Source: Kudoa neothunni
Taxonomy: Eukaryota; Animalia; Cnidaria
Assembly: GCA_964304625.1 (NCBI GenBank)
Contig: OZ199839.1
Location: 3,648,724-3,712,723 of the forward strand
DNA: 64,000 nucleotides
Direction: 5' to 3'
Shown in pieces: positions 1 to 13,600 of this stretch. A model generated the notes under the pieces. The model made no database searches. It was given only the letters and a program-made list of their open reading frames with translations, and was not told the origin of the DNA. Position numbers and translations under genes: made by a program. Positions within the stretch are counted from its first letter, which is position 1. Each line of letters begins with the position of its first letter.

Positions 1-217
1 TATCTGGAACCATCTACAACAAATGCTTAAAAAATATATAAACCATATGAATGTTAAAAAATTTAGATTATTATTTTTCTATCAATGATAAAAAGATTTT
101 CAAAATCAAGCCATGTAGGCACAAGTCCTCATTATCATGTTTATGCGTCGGTCGCAAACAATAAAAGAATTAATTAAAAACTACATATACAATATTTGTG
201 AGGAAAAATAGAGTATA

Positions 218-2907
218 TTATTGTTGTTGGTTGGACGAGAGTTTTTGTTGATTCCATTTGTATGCCATTTGGAGTAATTTAAAATTGGATTGTTTCTCAA
301 TATCTTCAGGAAAGATATATTCATAATATTCTTCCCAGCCGAATTCCATGTCATCCTCATCCTAAATAGAAAGATATTCATACACAAGTACCATGGTTGT
401 AACTAAAAAAATAGGACGACGTACCTCCTGGTCCATATTTTGTATGATTTTTCTCCGTTTTTTAACTTTGTTGGGTAACATATCATGTACTCTTTTTTTA
501 GAAGACTCATCCCCATAATTTTGCTATAAAAAATATGCATTAATATACACTGAATAAGCAAAAACCTCAAATTCGTTCCAAGCATTGAGTAAGGCGATTC
601 GTTGACTAGTGTAATCTTCATCGGTAGAACTATTTTCTTTATAGAATTTTGCAGCTTTTTCAAACACATTTCTGGCATTAATAAGGTTATCTTCGGTTTC
701 AAGCTGCAGTTCGAATTTAGCGTAGCTGATCCAAACCTACAAAAATCCCCACATAAGTAAACCAACAAACTATGGTTGATTAAGTAGATTGCAAGTATTC
801 ACCTTGACATGCTGGGTACGTTCAAGTAGATCCTTATACAATGCGCGGGTATTTTCCACTTCATTTTGGCTTATTTCAAAGTCTATATATCTTTTCCACA
901 ACAACTACATAAACCAAAGTTGGACACACAATTGAAAGTTAGAAATTCTAACCTCAGGCATATCAAGTTGTGATTGCGAGGAGCCGAGTTGGAAGAGAGC
1001 TCTAGCCCTTTCAACATTACCCAAGGTGGCTTCCATATCAGCATAATGAACCCATATCACACTTGAAGTGGGGTTGAATTCGATATATTTTTCGTACAGT
1101 TTGCGACAGCGATCAAATTCGCGCATCTAAATTTTTAGTTTGTTTAACACAAAACAGCAATCACTGCATTTTTCTGAATTTAAAAATAATCACCTGAAAT
1201 TCAATATGAATATATTCTTTAAAAAGTTTATTTTTAGGACACATACCGATAGCTTTGCCCTATGTTTTTTAGAATGTATTTTTATTAGACCTTACGATAT
1301 AATCACAAAAAGAAAACTACCATGAGTTTTCGGTAAATTTGATATTGTTTTTGGCGTATTTCAAAGTTTGAAGCCAATATCCATATTTTGGCAAATGTAA
1401 ACTATATTTTAATTTATGATGAGGAATTTTAAAAGTTTATTTAAAACCTTTTGATGGGGAATTATATCTAAACAAGCCTTATAAATATGTCGCACACGTT
1501 CGATATCCTATATTAACGAATTTATGAGTTATTTTAATTAATTACAGAGCAGTTTGGCTGAAAAATAAATGTGTACATTATTTTTTAGTTCTTCAAATAG
1601 CGCGTACATGATCCAGATGAAAACATATCGATTCCAATGTTTTTTCTCCTACAGCAAACACCAACAATATCCACCAAAACAGACTCAATAATTAAACTCT
1701 TACTTCTAAAGGTGGAACATTTGAAATGGCTTTCTCATAACAATCTCTGATAAGATCGGTCGAAAAGTTCTCATTCTCCATCATTCGAATCATATCAATC
1801 CATGAATCGTAATCGTAACAATTCTCTGTGACGTTTTTCTCGTAGAAGTTTTTCCGTTTTGTAATCACAACATCTTCAATACCTTTTCTATCACCATGGC
1901 GTTTTTCAAAATGACTACACGCTTCTATCATCAAGTTGGCATCTGCAGGGGACAGATTGCCAATCGCATATTGGTAGATGACACGGGCACGCTCAATTTC
2001 TCCGCATTGCTCCTCAAATTTGGCGAAAGCTAACATTAACTTCGCATCGAGTTGTTGTGAAAAAAATTCAACAGCCTTCTCGTAGACGATTCGAGCATTT
2101 CCTACCACAAATAAGCACAGACACATTTGTTATAAATTGATTCATACAAATTCAAATACCTATATTTGAGAGACGTTGTTCGAATTTTGCAAAACGAATC
2201 CAGTTAACCACATCAGGATGCACTGTAACGAAACGCTCGTAAATGTAACGAGCCCTATCAACTTCTTTGTATCGAAGCTCCATTTTAATGTAGGACAACC
2301 ATGCTTGTTCATGTGGTTGCCATTGCATCCATCTTTCAAACACTTGACGACAGTTGGCAATATTTCCCAACAACTCCTCCATATAGGTGTACTTGTACCA
2401 GAATTGGTTCACTCTAGGCAACACCAACACTGCTCTGTCCCACAGATTGCGTGCATGATTTATTTGCTTGTGACGCATCTCCATTTCGGCATATTTCAAC
2501 CAAATTGTTATATTTCGATGCTCCATCTCAAGTGCACGTTCATACACCGACCTAGCTCTATCCAGTTCACCCAAACTCTCCTCGAAACGAGCATATTTAA
2601 ACCAATGCATCAAATTGGCTCGGTTTTTTCGAAGTTTGTCCTCGAACTCACGTCTTTTCCCCATTTTAATTCCGTTAGATTCATCACTGTCCCCTATTAT
2701 CAATTTTGGAGCCTAACACAACGAATAATTAGTGTTACTGATCAAGCCAACAATACAAAAGATTACTGTGGGCAGTTTTTCAGATCGACGGTCATACGCT
2801 TCACGAAGCAACTGCTCAGCTGTTATTTGAATAGGTGCTGGAGCTTTGTTTTTAACTTTTGAATATTTGTTCGGCACTTTGTTTAGTTTATCATCTTTGC
2901 TGTCCAT
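218..2907 (-). CDS. CRNKL1: Crooked neck-like pre-mRNA splicing factor (HAT repeats; Clf1/Syf3 orthologue), multi-exon
   Basis: N-terminal [24 protein letters not shown] repeats ([37 protein letters not shown]) and C-terminal [12 protein letters not shown]. The exons join in frame through short GT-AG introns from ATG 2907 to TAA 218-220. Confidence 0.97.
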
Positions 2908-2920
2908 CTCGGTTATAAGT

Positions 2921-2932
2921 TGCGCGTGCGCA
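2921..2932 (-). promoter_or_regulatory. TGCGCACGCGCA element (matches NRF1 consensus YGCGCAYGCGCR) 13 nt upstream of CRNKL1 ATG
   Basis: Perfect 12-mer consensus match in an AT-rich background. Related CGCA cores precede the MRPL32, TSEN2 and YIF1 starts. Confidence 0.5.
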
Positions 2933-3948
2933 TTGTTAGAAATTACAAAACGTATTTAGTCCTAGTTTTTAAAAAAATACTCAATTTTAAATAGGTTAAA
3001 TTGTGAGAATTAATTGAAATATAGATATTTGATAAAGTTTCAAGCGTTTGTACTATTTTGTAATAGAATGAAATTGCACAAAATTGAGAGATCATACATG
3101 CGTAAAAAGAGTGGAATTTTCTGTTAGTCTAAAATCTTGAATATTTCATTTAATATAATATAATTATAAATTAAATAAAATTAATGAATATTCTGGAATA
3201 TATTTGCATGAAATGTGTATTTGAATTTTTTGGTGGTCATTTAATATATTGTATCAATAATTTTTCTTATTGATTTTAGAAGTATTTTTAATGAGAAATT
3301 ATTTCTGTAACAATTAAAAATTTATTAAAAATCATTTTGAACTAAAGCTGACTACTATTTTATTTATTAAAATTGAATATATAATTAATTTTTATAATAA
3401 TTAGTAATTATTGTTTAGTTTATAAGAAAAAAGTGTTTTTGGCTTATTTTAACTTTCATTTTTGTACAAATATAAACTCATTAGTTTATAAAATATAATA
3501 CATTTCAAATAAACATAACATGATATTTAATTCCTTTAAACATAACATAATGCGAAGTATGCGTGAGTCAAATTAAAATATAGACATTGTGATGCTAGAT
3601 TCTTAATATTTTTATATAAATCTAAGAAAAATGAAATTTCCTTAGGAATCAATAGCTTTTGGACTAAACAGTACAACGAAATAACCATTATTTATATGAT
3701 TTATACGCGAGGTTTTGCTTCTATTATTGAGAAATATAATACAACAATCGGAATTAAAAACGTAAAAAGCTAAATCAACAAAGAAATCACAATCTGCTGT
3801 TATGTACAAAATATATCTAACTATGGAATTTAAGGATCGATTCGATTGGGAGAGATGACCCTCGGAAGCATATTATCATCACCGACGATCAGTAATACTA
3901 TTTAACTTTGGCAGATTTGTGTATTATTTGAGTTGAACAAGAAGGAAG

Positions 3949-6545
3949 ATGGGAAAGAAAAGTTACAGAAAATGGTTGAAAAAAGGCGACCAAAGTTTAA
4001 GAGTTACTGATGATTCGATAAAATCCTTAAATAGTGTAAATTTCGGTAAATATTGATTCACTTCCTAAAGTCCAAATTATTGTATTATACTACTGATTGG
4101 TAGATGAACTGAAAGAGTTGAGAGGTATTACCTTTCTTAGATGTCGGATTGAAGGTATTATTTATTTAACAGAGAAATAATAATTAATTGGAAACTCCGT
4201 TATTTAGACTTGGGTAACGAAATTATGAAAGTTCACTCAATGGAATTGTTAAGCTTAGCTGAAAACGAAATAAAGGTAATTAAACTTTTTCCCTATTCTT
4301 GTTCCTAAAATTCTTCGATTTAGGAAATACCTTTGTCGATCAACGCGCTCAAGTTTTTGGTTTTTGTTAATTTATCGTACGTAAAACTTTTCGGTGAGGA
4401 GAATCGCTTGTGTTAATTGAAAAATAACTCTAGTATGAATAAAATCTCCAAGGTATCTAGCGGCCTATTTAACACCATGAAAAACTTAACAGTTCTCGAT
4501 CTCTCCTTCAATAGATTATCGAATGCCAGTGACATTTCGGTGATATCTGCTTTGGGTATATATTTATTCTAAATTTTTGATAAATTGTGACTCCATATGT
4601 TGTCTTAGTTTCTCTTAAAGCGCTCTATCTAAGCGACAACAAATTTATTGATATTGGAGCTGATATTGGAAATCTTGTCAACCTAGAAGTTGTAAGTTAT
4701 CATTACCTCAAACATAACAACCAATCAGTTCGACAGTTGTCTAATTTTAAAATAGTTGAGTTTACGTGGCAATGAAATCACCAGTCTACCAAACGCTATA
4801 GGGGCTCATCTGCGAAGCTTGAAAGAACTCTACATACAAGATAATAAACTCACCTATTTGCCCCCTAATCTAGGTAATTAAAATACTTCTTTCTAGCAAA
4901 ATTCCTCGCATTATTCGCGATAATGGCTACATATTAGAGGTTTATGAAATCCCTTGAAAAACTCAAACCATTTAATGTGATGGATATCTCGTAGAATAGT
5001 CATTAATCACCTCGAATACTTAAGTTAAAGCATAATCACTTTTAGTGGCTCAATTATAAAACTCATTGTTTAATTTTGAAAAGCACTGTCATGTGTAATT
5101 TGAGAAATAACATTAATTAAATTTTAGTATATTTTAAATTCTCCGTGAACGAATTTAATATTATAGATAATTAGGGTACAATTATAACATTCTAATTGTT
5201 TAAAAATAGTTTTACTCATGAAGATTTTTTAATATAACCATTAATGCAAATTAATTTAACGGATATTTGGATTTTTAATAGGAAATATCTATTGGTATGA
5301 TAAATAATGTTCAAATATCACTAGTTTTGACTACATTTAATTATCTTTGACCCGCCGCTTCGTCATCAGAGGTTATAAATAATTAAATCTGCATATAGCT
5401 TTTGAGTAAGAGTTGCTGGATTAGAAGTTATTCACATCGCTCGCGTACATATTGTTTATGATTAAAACTTACCGAGCCAATATCCACTTTCTAAAATAAA
5501 TACCCCCTTAGTTAAGACATGCCTGACGCTTAACGGGTGATTTTTTGTAGTAATGTTTGTCATAATCTAGATTTTGATTAGTTTTCATTATGAGAGTGTG
5601 GAACGCAAAACAAATAATGTAAAACAGTCTAAAATGCACAATACGCACGCGCCATCATTCTTTTTTAATCCACTCAACTTTTAGTTATGGATTACAAATA
5701 AAATTAATTTTTTAGAATCTGCTATAGTTAATTACTTTTGATGTATTATTTTGCTCATTGAATCAGAAATAATGAGTCATTAGCAAAACTACATACAAAG
5801 GGATAAAATCCATACGAATCAATAGACTCACCTACAAATATTTAAGTGTTTCGTTGAAGATATCGAAATTACCGCAAGCCACATTATTAAAGATTAATTA
5901 TTATTTAAAAATTCTTTTTTTCAATACACATGTTATAAACGTAAAAATTAAATATTTTTAAAATAATCCTCCTCTATATTTTTGTAGAAATATGGCTGAA
6001 ATGTCCTAAGTCCTCAAGAATAGTTTTTGTTCTTTGCCTGAATTATTTAGCTTATGAATGCATTCAGTAATAATCATTATTAAGAAATAATATTAATTGT
6101 AAGACTATAACGATTAGAATTTTATTGGTTGACACGATCCAATTTTAATTAATTCTAAGTGAAAAAACCTCAATTTCTATAACAATGTAAAAATTTTATC
6201 TTTAATATTTGTTTAGTATAGTTTCAAATAATATTAATAATCTATTTTGTGATAACTTTATTAGCTATTATTCTTTATTCGGAAAATTTGAAAGGGATTT
6301 GCAGATGCCTTTTTTGTTAATATAATCCCACTTACTTTGAAACTAACATAAATAATTTCTGTTTAGCCAACACAAATCTTGCTCCAAACGGAAAATTATT
6401 AGCTTACAACAACCCATGGAAAATCAATGATTTGGATGCTAACCTTAAAAAACCTATTATCCTTCTATTCAACTATTTCAACAGCGATACCTACAAAAAC
6501 AATGTCAATGCCCTAGTTATGAATGGATTCAACATTTTTGAATAA
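3949..6545 (+). CDS. RSU1: Ras suppressor protein 1-like leucine-rich repeat protein, multi-exon
   Basis: Spliced LRRs (SLKALYLSDNKF, LEVLSLRGNEITSLP, LKELYIQDNKLTYLPPNL). The last exon 6367-6545 carries AYNNPW...NYFNSDTYK, matching RSU1 LRALYLSDNDF / AENNPW / YIRSETYK. Last intron is 4874-6366. Confidence 0.8.
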
Positions 6546-6627
6546 AACCCGTTCAACTATAAATCCGAACAACAATATCAATTATCTGATAAATTAATCG
6601 TTTTATAAAGCCGTAATAATACAGCGT

Positions 6628-9600
6628 CTATAATTGGCGGTTATTGTTGTCGTCGTTAATTTTAGCGGCTGAGCAGGCGTAGAACTCTGGCGCGACTCTG
6701 TTAGTTTCGACGTCATTGCCAGTGTTATTACTACCAGTAGGGTTTATATCTGCCATTTTAGAGAGAACACTTCTAGAGATTGTTCCAGCATAGTTTTCAT
6801 TAGGAGAAACAACATTGTTTTCTGGAAGAGGGTTGCTTATCACAGGGTTAGTTGAGGTGTTGTAAGGTGGGTAAGATGAGTAGGGTGTTGGTTGAAAGGG
6901 ATACATACCAGTGTAGGGTGGAGAGAATACAGGGTAAAGCATCATTTGATTGTTGGGACCTGTTCCATAGGTAACGTAAAATGGTTCAACTTGGTTGGGT
7001 GAGAAGCCAGCAGGTGGATGCATATCATTTGGTTCCAACATCGTTTGACCGTTCGTTGAAATCTAGGTCCAAAAGTGATTGCCATTTTTTAATAAAAATT
7101 CCGAATATATCATTCATATTAAAATATACCGCCGGTACTAAATTATAACCCATGCCCATAATTGGTACGTTGTTATCGTTGGGGGTGTAGTAGTTTCCCA
7201 CAAACGGAGGTGGGCCCATGTAGTAGGGAATAAACGGTGACCCACCAAAACCAAAATAATTTGCGGGATCATTTTCATCGAATGGAATAGTGTTCATTGG
7301 AACACATTTTGAATTGGATTGTTCGTTGTTATTAGTCGGCAGAGGTACTGGAAAGTAAGCTGGTTGGTAGTTTGAAGGTGAACAATACCCAAAAGGATCA
7401 TAATAGTTTTGCCCGACATTTAGCTGGTTATTGTAACAATTGGAATATTTCTTCTTGAGTTCTTCTTTTATTAGAAGCTATTAGATCTGATTCAAAAACT
7501 CAAAATAACATACTTTTGGGGTTGTCATGTTCTTTTTCTAATGAGATTGATTTAATGTTCTAAGCAAGAAAAAATTAGTCATTTGATTTTTTCAAAGAGC
7601 GTTTCATTAATAATTACAGTGCTATTTTGATCACTATGTAAACTGGTACTATTCATAAATGATCTGTCATCATAAGAATAATACTCTAAAAGAAAAAAAT
7701 TATTTTGGATAAATAATATAGATTGACGGACGAGGAAGTCTATTGTCAACATTTTCTTTAGAAACATCAAACGTGTTAACCTCGTCAGCTAAATATGAGG
7801 TTGATTAGAAGCCATTTTTGGGCTGGTTAATGACCTTTTTTCGTGTTAGTGGTTGTAATGTTTTGATTGTTTGCTTTAGGGCGAAGTACTCCTGTGTTAT
7901 TGCTTTTCTAAGTGTGGAATGTAATGACTGAGCATATATGATTGGAATAACTTTTTGTGATTGACCAGAGTGTTGATTAATTGCTGGTCCAAAATTCAAT
8001 CGTTTTTTCTTGTAATACGCTGATCCCTAAACGAACCAGTTTTAGGTGTTTTAAATACATTCGTCATTAATGAAAAATATATTTGAAAATATCAAAATTG
8101 TGAGTTTTTGTTTAAGGTATAGTTTACAAAAATAAAACAAAAACGACAATCGGTGGTTGTTTAGTTATGCTAAATTCCCATTAATCCTTTTATTTTTCTG
8201 AATTAGCTTTTAATTGGGAATATTTTTTTCATTTATGATCGTTGCCTTTACGATAAATACGAGTCAGAAACAATACAATTACAATACATCGCCGAAAAAT
8301 AAATCCAAATGAGCTTTTGGAAATAATATTAGCTCTTTTTTGATAAATTCGTGGATAATATTTGTTAGTAAGTTGGTTAATTATTGGGGAAATCTGGATA
8401 CAAATTAACGAACATTAACTACATTTTATAAAAAATTAACTAATTGTGGAAATATGGATTTGGCAGGTTATAAGAACACCGAAAAATTTTCCTAGTTTAA
8501 ATTATTAATCTGATAATTGGTAACATATATAGAATCCATTATGTAGATGATGAAATCTCTAGAACAGCGATTCCCAACTCCCAACTGGGGGCACGAATTA
8601 TGGGCCTGAGGATGGGTGCGAGATTAGATCACAATAGAGATAACTTTTTGAGCCAGCTAGGCCCTGTACTATGCAGAGGCGCAGGATTCGTTTTGTCACC
8701 AAAAAAGGATGCGAGTCCAATTTTTGTTGGGAGCGCTGTTCTAGAATCCTTAAGCGAAACTTCTAAGATTAAGTGACCTCAACTACCCTTGAAAGTCGTT
8801 CCGAGATATATCAATAAATTTATTTGTAAACACAAAAAATTAATTATCATTAAATTATATTAAAAGGTATTGACGAAAACGGTAATTATTTCATCGACTA
8901 ATCCCAAATAATCTCATTCGATAAGTCGCGCACGAATCCGTTAAGATTAAAATTTTAGGTGAGTCTACGTGCACAGAAAATTAATCGAAAGTTTATATAT
9001 GCTTGTTTTATGTCAATTTTAAATAATCATTGCATCCATTTATTGGTTATAAACCTAAGGTACTGTTTTTATAGAATGTATGACAATGATATTTGGCCTT
9101 TAGAACTTAGCGATAGGCCAGAAATAATTAATTATCGTAAAAATTATACTAAAATGACTGATGTTTACAGATAAATGGAAATTTCCATATTTTACTAGCG
9201 TTAACTTTATATTCATTAAGATCTTAATAATGTTAATATATTTTAAATCATAAAAATGAATGAATTTCTTTATTTTCAATTTCATTCAAATAATTAGATT
9301 AGTTAATTTTCAGCTACAGAAATATAACCTAGAAATAATTACAATACCTTCGCATTTTAATATCAATGAAATAATTATTTCAAAAATGATGAGAGAATTT
9401 TATGAAATATTATTCTCCCCATAAGAAACACGGGTCTAATAAGTTTTTTCGCGTTACTGATATTTTATCACCTATTTCAAAATAAAATGATTTATATTTT
9501 TTAATTAAATTTTAATGATTGATGAAGATGGAATTTTCGCTGCCAGTATTTACTCGCCAAATAAGTATTAGAATAAAAGCACCATGAATGTATATTGAAG

Positions 9601-12600
9601 AATAAATGTCGAAAATTCGATAATTTTAGATCGTTTAGTTTGGATTAGAAAAGAATAACAGTTATTTTTTAAATCACCTCCGAAACGATTAAATTTCATA
9701 CATCTTAATAATTAATATTTTATTAACCTATTAAAGTTATCAATAACAGAAAATTTCACATTTTTAAATAATGTTGGTATTTAATCTTCCGAGTGCTTTT
9801 GGAGCCTATTAGACCCCAAGCCATATTAGAGATTAGTTTTTCCCCTTCCAATTATATATATTTTCTAAAACTCGGTCTATTCTTATAGAATTCCTTACAC
9901 TGTATGCTATGCGTGCCAAATAAATTTTGAACTATCATTTTATGCATAAAATTATAATAAAATGGAATTGAGAATATTAGCAAAATCTATCGATGAGATA
10001 TACTTTCCAACGAGTTTATTACGGAAATTTGTCTTCATGGAGGCCTTTAACGAAATATATTGCGCCGATTATATTTCCGACGTGAGTGAAATCATCGATT
10101 TCTCTGATTTTCTTGATTCTGACAAAGATTTATCTGATTATGATGACAATGACCTTATCTGGACTACAGAAGCTTTAAAAACTTCCAAAATACTAAAGTG
10201 AAACTTTTTAAGTAAGCCCTCTGGTCTTACGAATGTTGCGGCTCAGAGAAACTTTCATATAACGGATTTTTTGACATATTTCTGGATGACAATTTTTACA
10301 GGAATGTTGCGCGTAACGCTAATGTGTTCGACTTATAATATTATAATCACTGCTGCAAAGAGCTTTCAGCTATTGAAAATGGTTCTTACCAAGATGAGAA
10401 CATTTAGAGCTAATAAGAGGAATGTTCCGCGTATAATGAAAAAACATAAAACAAAGGAGTCATCTAGCGCATTTTTTCTATTTAATAAAAAGAAAATTCT
10501 GACCTCTTAAGTTACTAAAATAATAAGGATTTGTTAATTTTAGCCAATTCAACAGCTTATGAAAATATATTGAATGATGAAAAAAAGAAGCTGGGTAGCA
10601 TCAATTATTGTAACAAAATTAAATGAGCTATTGATAGGATTGATCGGATTTTTACCTCCACAAGTTTAAAAGATATTCCAGGTGCGGATCATAAGTTATT
10701 TTTTATAATATCGACATAAATCTCTTTAACGCGTTTTACTTATACAAAATCATATCCAACGATAGAGAAATCAAAAGAGCCCAATTTTTAGGGAATCTCG
10801 ATAGAACATTCCGTTTCTTCAGCAGTTCTTTGGCGATAAATTTTTAAATAGATTGATAGTAGGAAATCCAAATAATGCCAATATTGTTCCAAAAAATCCC
10901 GTAAACAATATGCTGTAAGCCCAAGAAACATTCTGCGAAGAACATCCCGAACATACTTGTTTTAACAGTTCATTGGACACAAATAAAAGTCTGGATCACA
11001 TTATAATTTTTATATTTCTGTTTTGGCGCACATAAATAATAAATTGTTAATTAGAGGCAGAGCATCGATTTTATTGTAGATCTGATGTAAATAATGATAT
11101 TACCGTTCCTTTAAACTCACAGATAATAACAGGGAAGGTCATAGAAAGAAAATTTAAACTTTTACACTGATATATGCGCGTAAGTTGAACATTGGAGACC
11201 ATTTTAGTCCATTTTGTTGATAACTATTTTGTTGTGCCGTAAAGTTTTAATCTAATTAATTATATATGAGATAATTTATAACACATTATTTTAAATATCT
11301 TTGAAAGTTCTTCTTAAATAATATTTCGTAAGAATTTATCTAACAAGGATATATAGTGCTTAACGTTATTCGAGGGTATCGGAAAACTTCGCCAGCCATA
11401 GTTTTTGCCAATATTATGCGATTTTGTCGATAGAATTTTTTCATTTTTTCATTGTAAAGTTTTAAAAATTATTTAAATTCATAATATTAAATAAAACTGT
11501 GAGGTCTTATAGACCCTCAAAGCATTAGTGTACAGTCGATTTTGAAGTGCTCGGGAGGTTAATGAGAAGACTTAGGTTCAGGGTTTGGAACTAATGATTA
11601 ATCAGAAATAAAAGGGTAAAATGAATAATTTTATTTAAGCGTTTGTTAATAGATAAATATAAAATTAAAATACCTCAAAAAATTTGTAGTTCTAATAATC
11701 GCTTTTATACATTATGATTTAACAGTCGGTAAAGCCGAAATTTTAATACTCATATTATGGAATCGGTCACGATCATTTCAAATAAAAACCTTGATATTGT
11801 AATATTTAGGTTAGCGATGTTCAAAAACCCCGAATGACTTTTTTACTTGATTCAGAAGAGACATTGATCTATTTTCCGAATATTTAACTCAAAAAATTAT
11901 ATTTTATAATTGAGCCCATTTTTTATACGAAGTAGAAAACCCCATATTGTCTACTGCTTAAAGATTATTTTGTAATAAACATGAAATAAATGTATCCCAA
12001 AATTCTTAAACCATTAGTTACTATAGTGTTTTCATATATAATAATGCTGTTAAAACGTATACTAAGCCGGCATAGAAATTGATTAAGGGACTAAAATAAT
12101 TTTAGACTTTTGGACTCCAATGATCATTCATGCTTAATTGTATGATCAATCTATTATGTAGATAAAAATTATTTATATTAGAAAGATGATATTAAATCAT
12201 GTTTTTTGTATTAATATTGTCAAAAATATCAAGCGATGTTGGATGGGACGAAAACGACCCAACGATCAGTAGTGGCTTAAGAATAAATGATTTAATGGGT
12301 CATTTAACTTAGTTGGGGTAAAAATGCGACCCAACCCAAAAATTTATTAAATAAAAATTTAGTCCGCCATCTTGGATACATATGCAGATCAACTTTTGAT
12401 ATGGAAAGGTTTTAACTCATAAAAAATGGAAACAAAATTAATAGGCATTCTTATTCATTTAACCCTTCGTATATTTATTTAATAAATAACCTGGAAGTTT
12501 AAAAATATTTAATAACATAAAATGTTTATTGCTAGTTTATATAGACTTAATTGCAATTATATTTAAGATGTTAATATATCTTTATTTACAAAAAATTTAA

Positions 12601-13600
12601 ATAGATTCATAATAAATTAATAATTTTGTCACATTGACCGAAATAATATCCGAAGCCGTGGAAGCAGAGATTGAATGAAAGACCAACATTATTTGTGATA
12701 GTTAATCGCTGTCTAACGAATATCTACTGCGTGTACAGAGAACCAACAAATTTGACTAAAGGGGGAGATTTTTCGATGAGTAAGTCTGTGTTAACTTATT
12801 ATACGAAATGAAGATTCGTATTATTTACTTATTGAGTTGAAGTGAATTTTTTAATGAATATTCTAAAAATATGTGATTTGTTTGAATTAAATTACTTGGG
12901 ATCGAATAGTTTTAAAGCATTCTACGTTCTACAAATAGAAAAATAATATTTCTCAATGTTCTTAATAAAATAATTTAAATATCAATTAAAGCGCTCATCT
13001 AATAAACGTAACCGACTTTATTTATTTGACAATTTACCGGCCAATAAATTTGATATTATAATAATCAATATTCCTCACATCTAGCTCTAGCTAGTTGATT
13101 ATTTTATTCAATTCATATTAGCTAATCACATCAAAATAAAGGTATTTTGGCAACAAAATTTGCCCAATTTATTGTAGGTAGATTAAAATTGTTACCATGT
13201 GGTAAATTAAGCGCGTTTGGGTTTCAAAGAAGATACAAATAAGATTTACTTTGGAAATCAATTTGGTTGAATCAGACTCAGAGTAAAACGAAACAAAGCC
13301 ATACCTAAATATTTATAAATTAAAACATGTCGAATATAATTCCACAAGTCCACTAATACCCTCTGCTCACAGCAACAGAATCGCGTATAATTTTCATGCT
13401 TCTAACCTGACCAAAATTTGAAAAGTATTCAGCTAACGACTGTTCGGTTGCCTTAAAATTTCCTTCAGCAACTTATGAGACCAGTCAATTATTATATACG
13501 TCAAATGGTAATCCACCGACAAAAACTCTGTTGGGCACTTCCTAAATTAACAATGTTGCCAGGTGTTAATATGGCCACCCGAAAATAGATTTACAACCAT
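6628..13600 (-). CDS. BOLL: Boule (DAZ family) RRM protein with Y/P/N-rich C-terminus, about 10 exons
   Basis: VPNRVFVGGL (RNP2) and KIIRDSVAVSRGYGFVSF (RNP1) at 13250-13542 splice in frame across intron 8027-13249 to GSAYYKKKRLNFGPAI, matching Boule IPNRIFVGGI...YKDKKLNIGPAI. Downstream exons stay in frame to TAG at 6628. The start (ATG GTT mini-exon at 13595-13600) is tentative. Confidence 0.85.
8565..8738. mobile_element. hAT (Charlie/Buster-type) MITE in Boule intron
   Basis: TIRs CAGCGATTCCCAAC / GTTGGGAGCGCTG. 8-bp TSD ctctagaa/ttctagaa with central TA. A related left end CAGCGTTTCCCAAC occurs at 17010. Confidence 0.85.
9785..11558 (+). mobile_element. Decayed piggyBac element in Boule intron
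   Basis: TTAA on both flanks and imperfect TIRs (tcttccgagtgctt / aagtgctcgggagg). Broken transposase: acidic N-terminus (ORF 9962), NYCNKIK*AIDRID (cf. YNKTKGGVDTLD), HKLFF..DINLFNAFYLYK, and a Cys-rich tail. Confidence 0.8.

Noticed and set aside
300-386. Similar words in the last CRNKL1 intron and following exon (tatgaatatctttc / tatgaatatatctttc)
   Set aside because: Too short and AT-rich to support intron origin by duplication.
2176-2862. 228-aa plus-strand ORF and other antisense or alternate-frame ORFs over the CRNKL1, Kunitz, Fox and YIF1 exons
   Set aside because: Shadows of real coding exons with no independent motifs.
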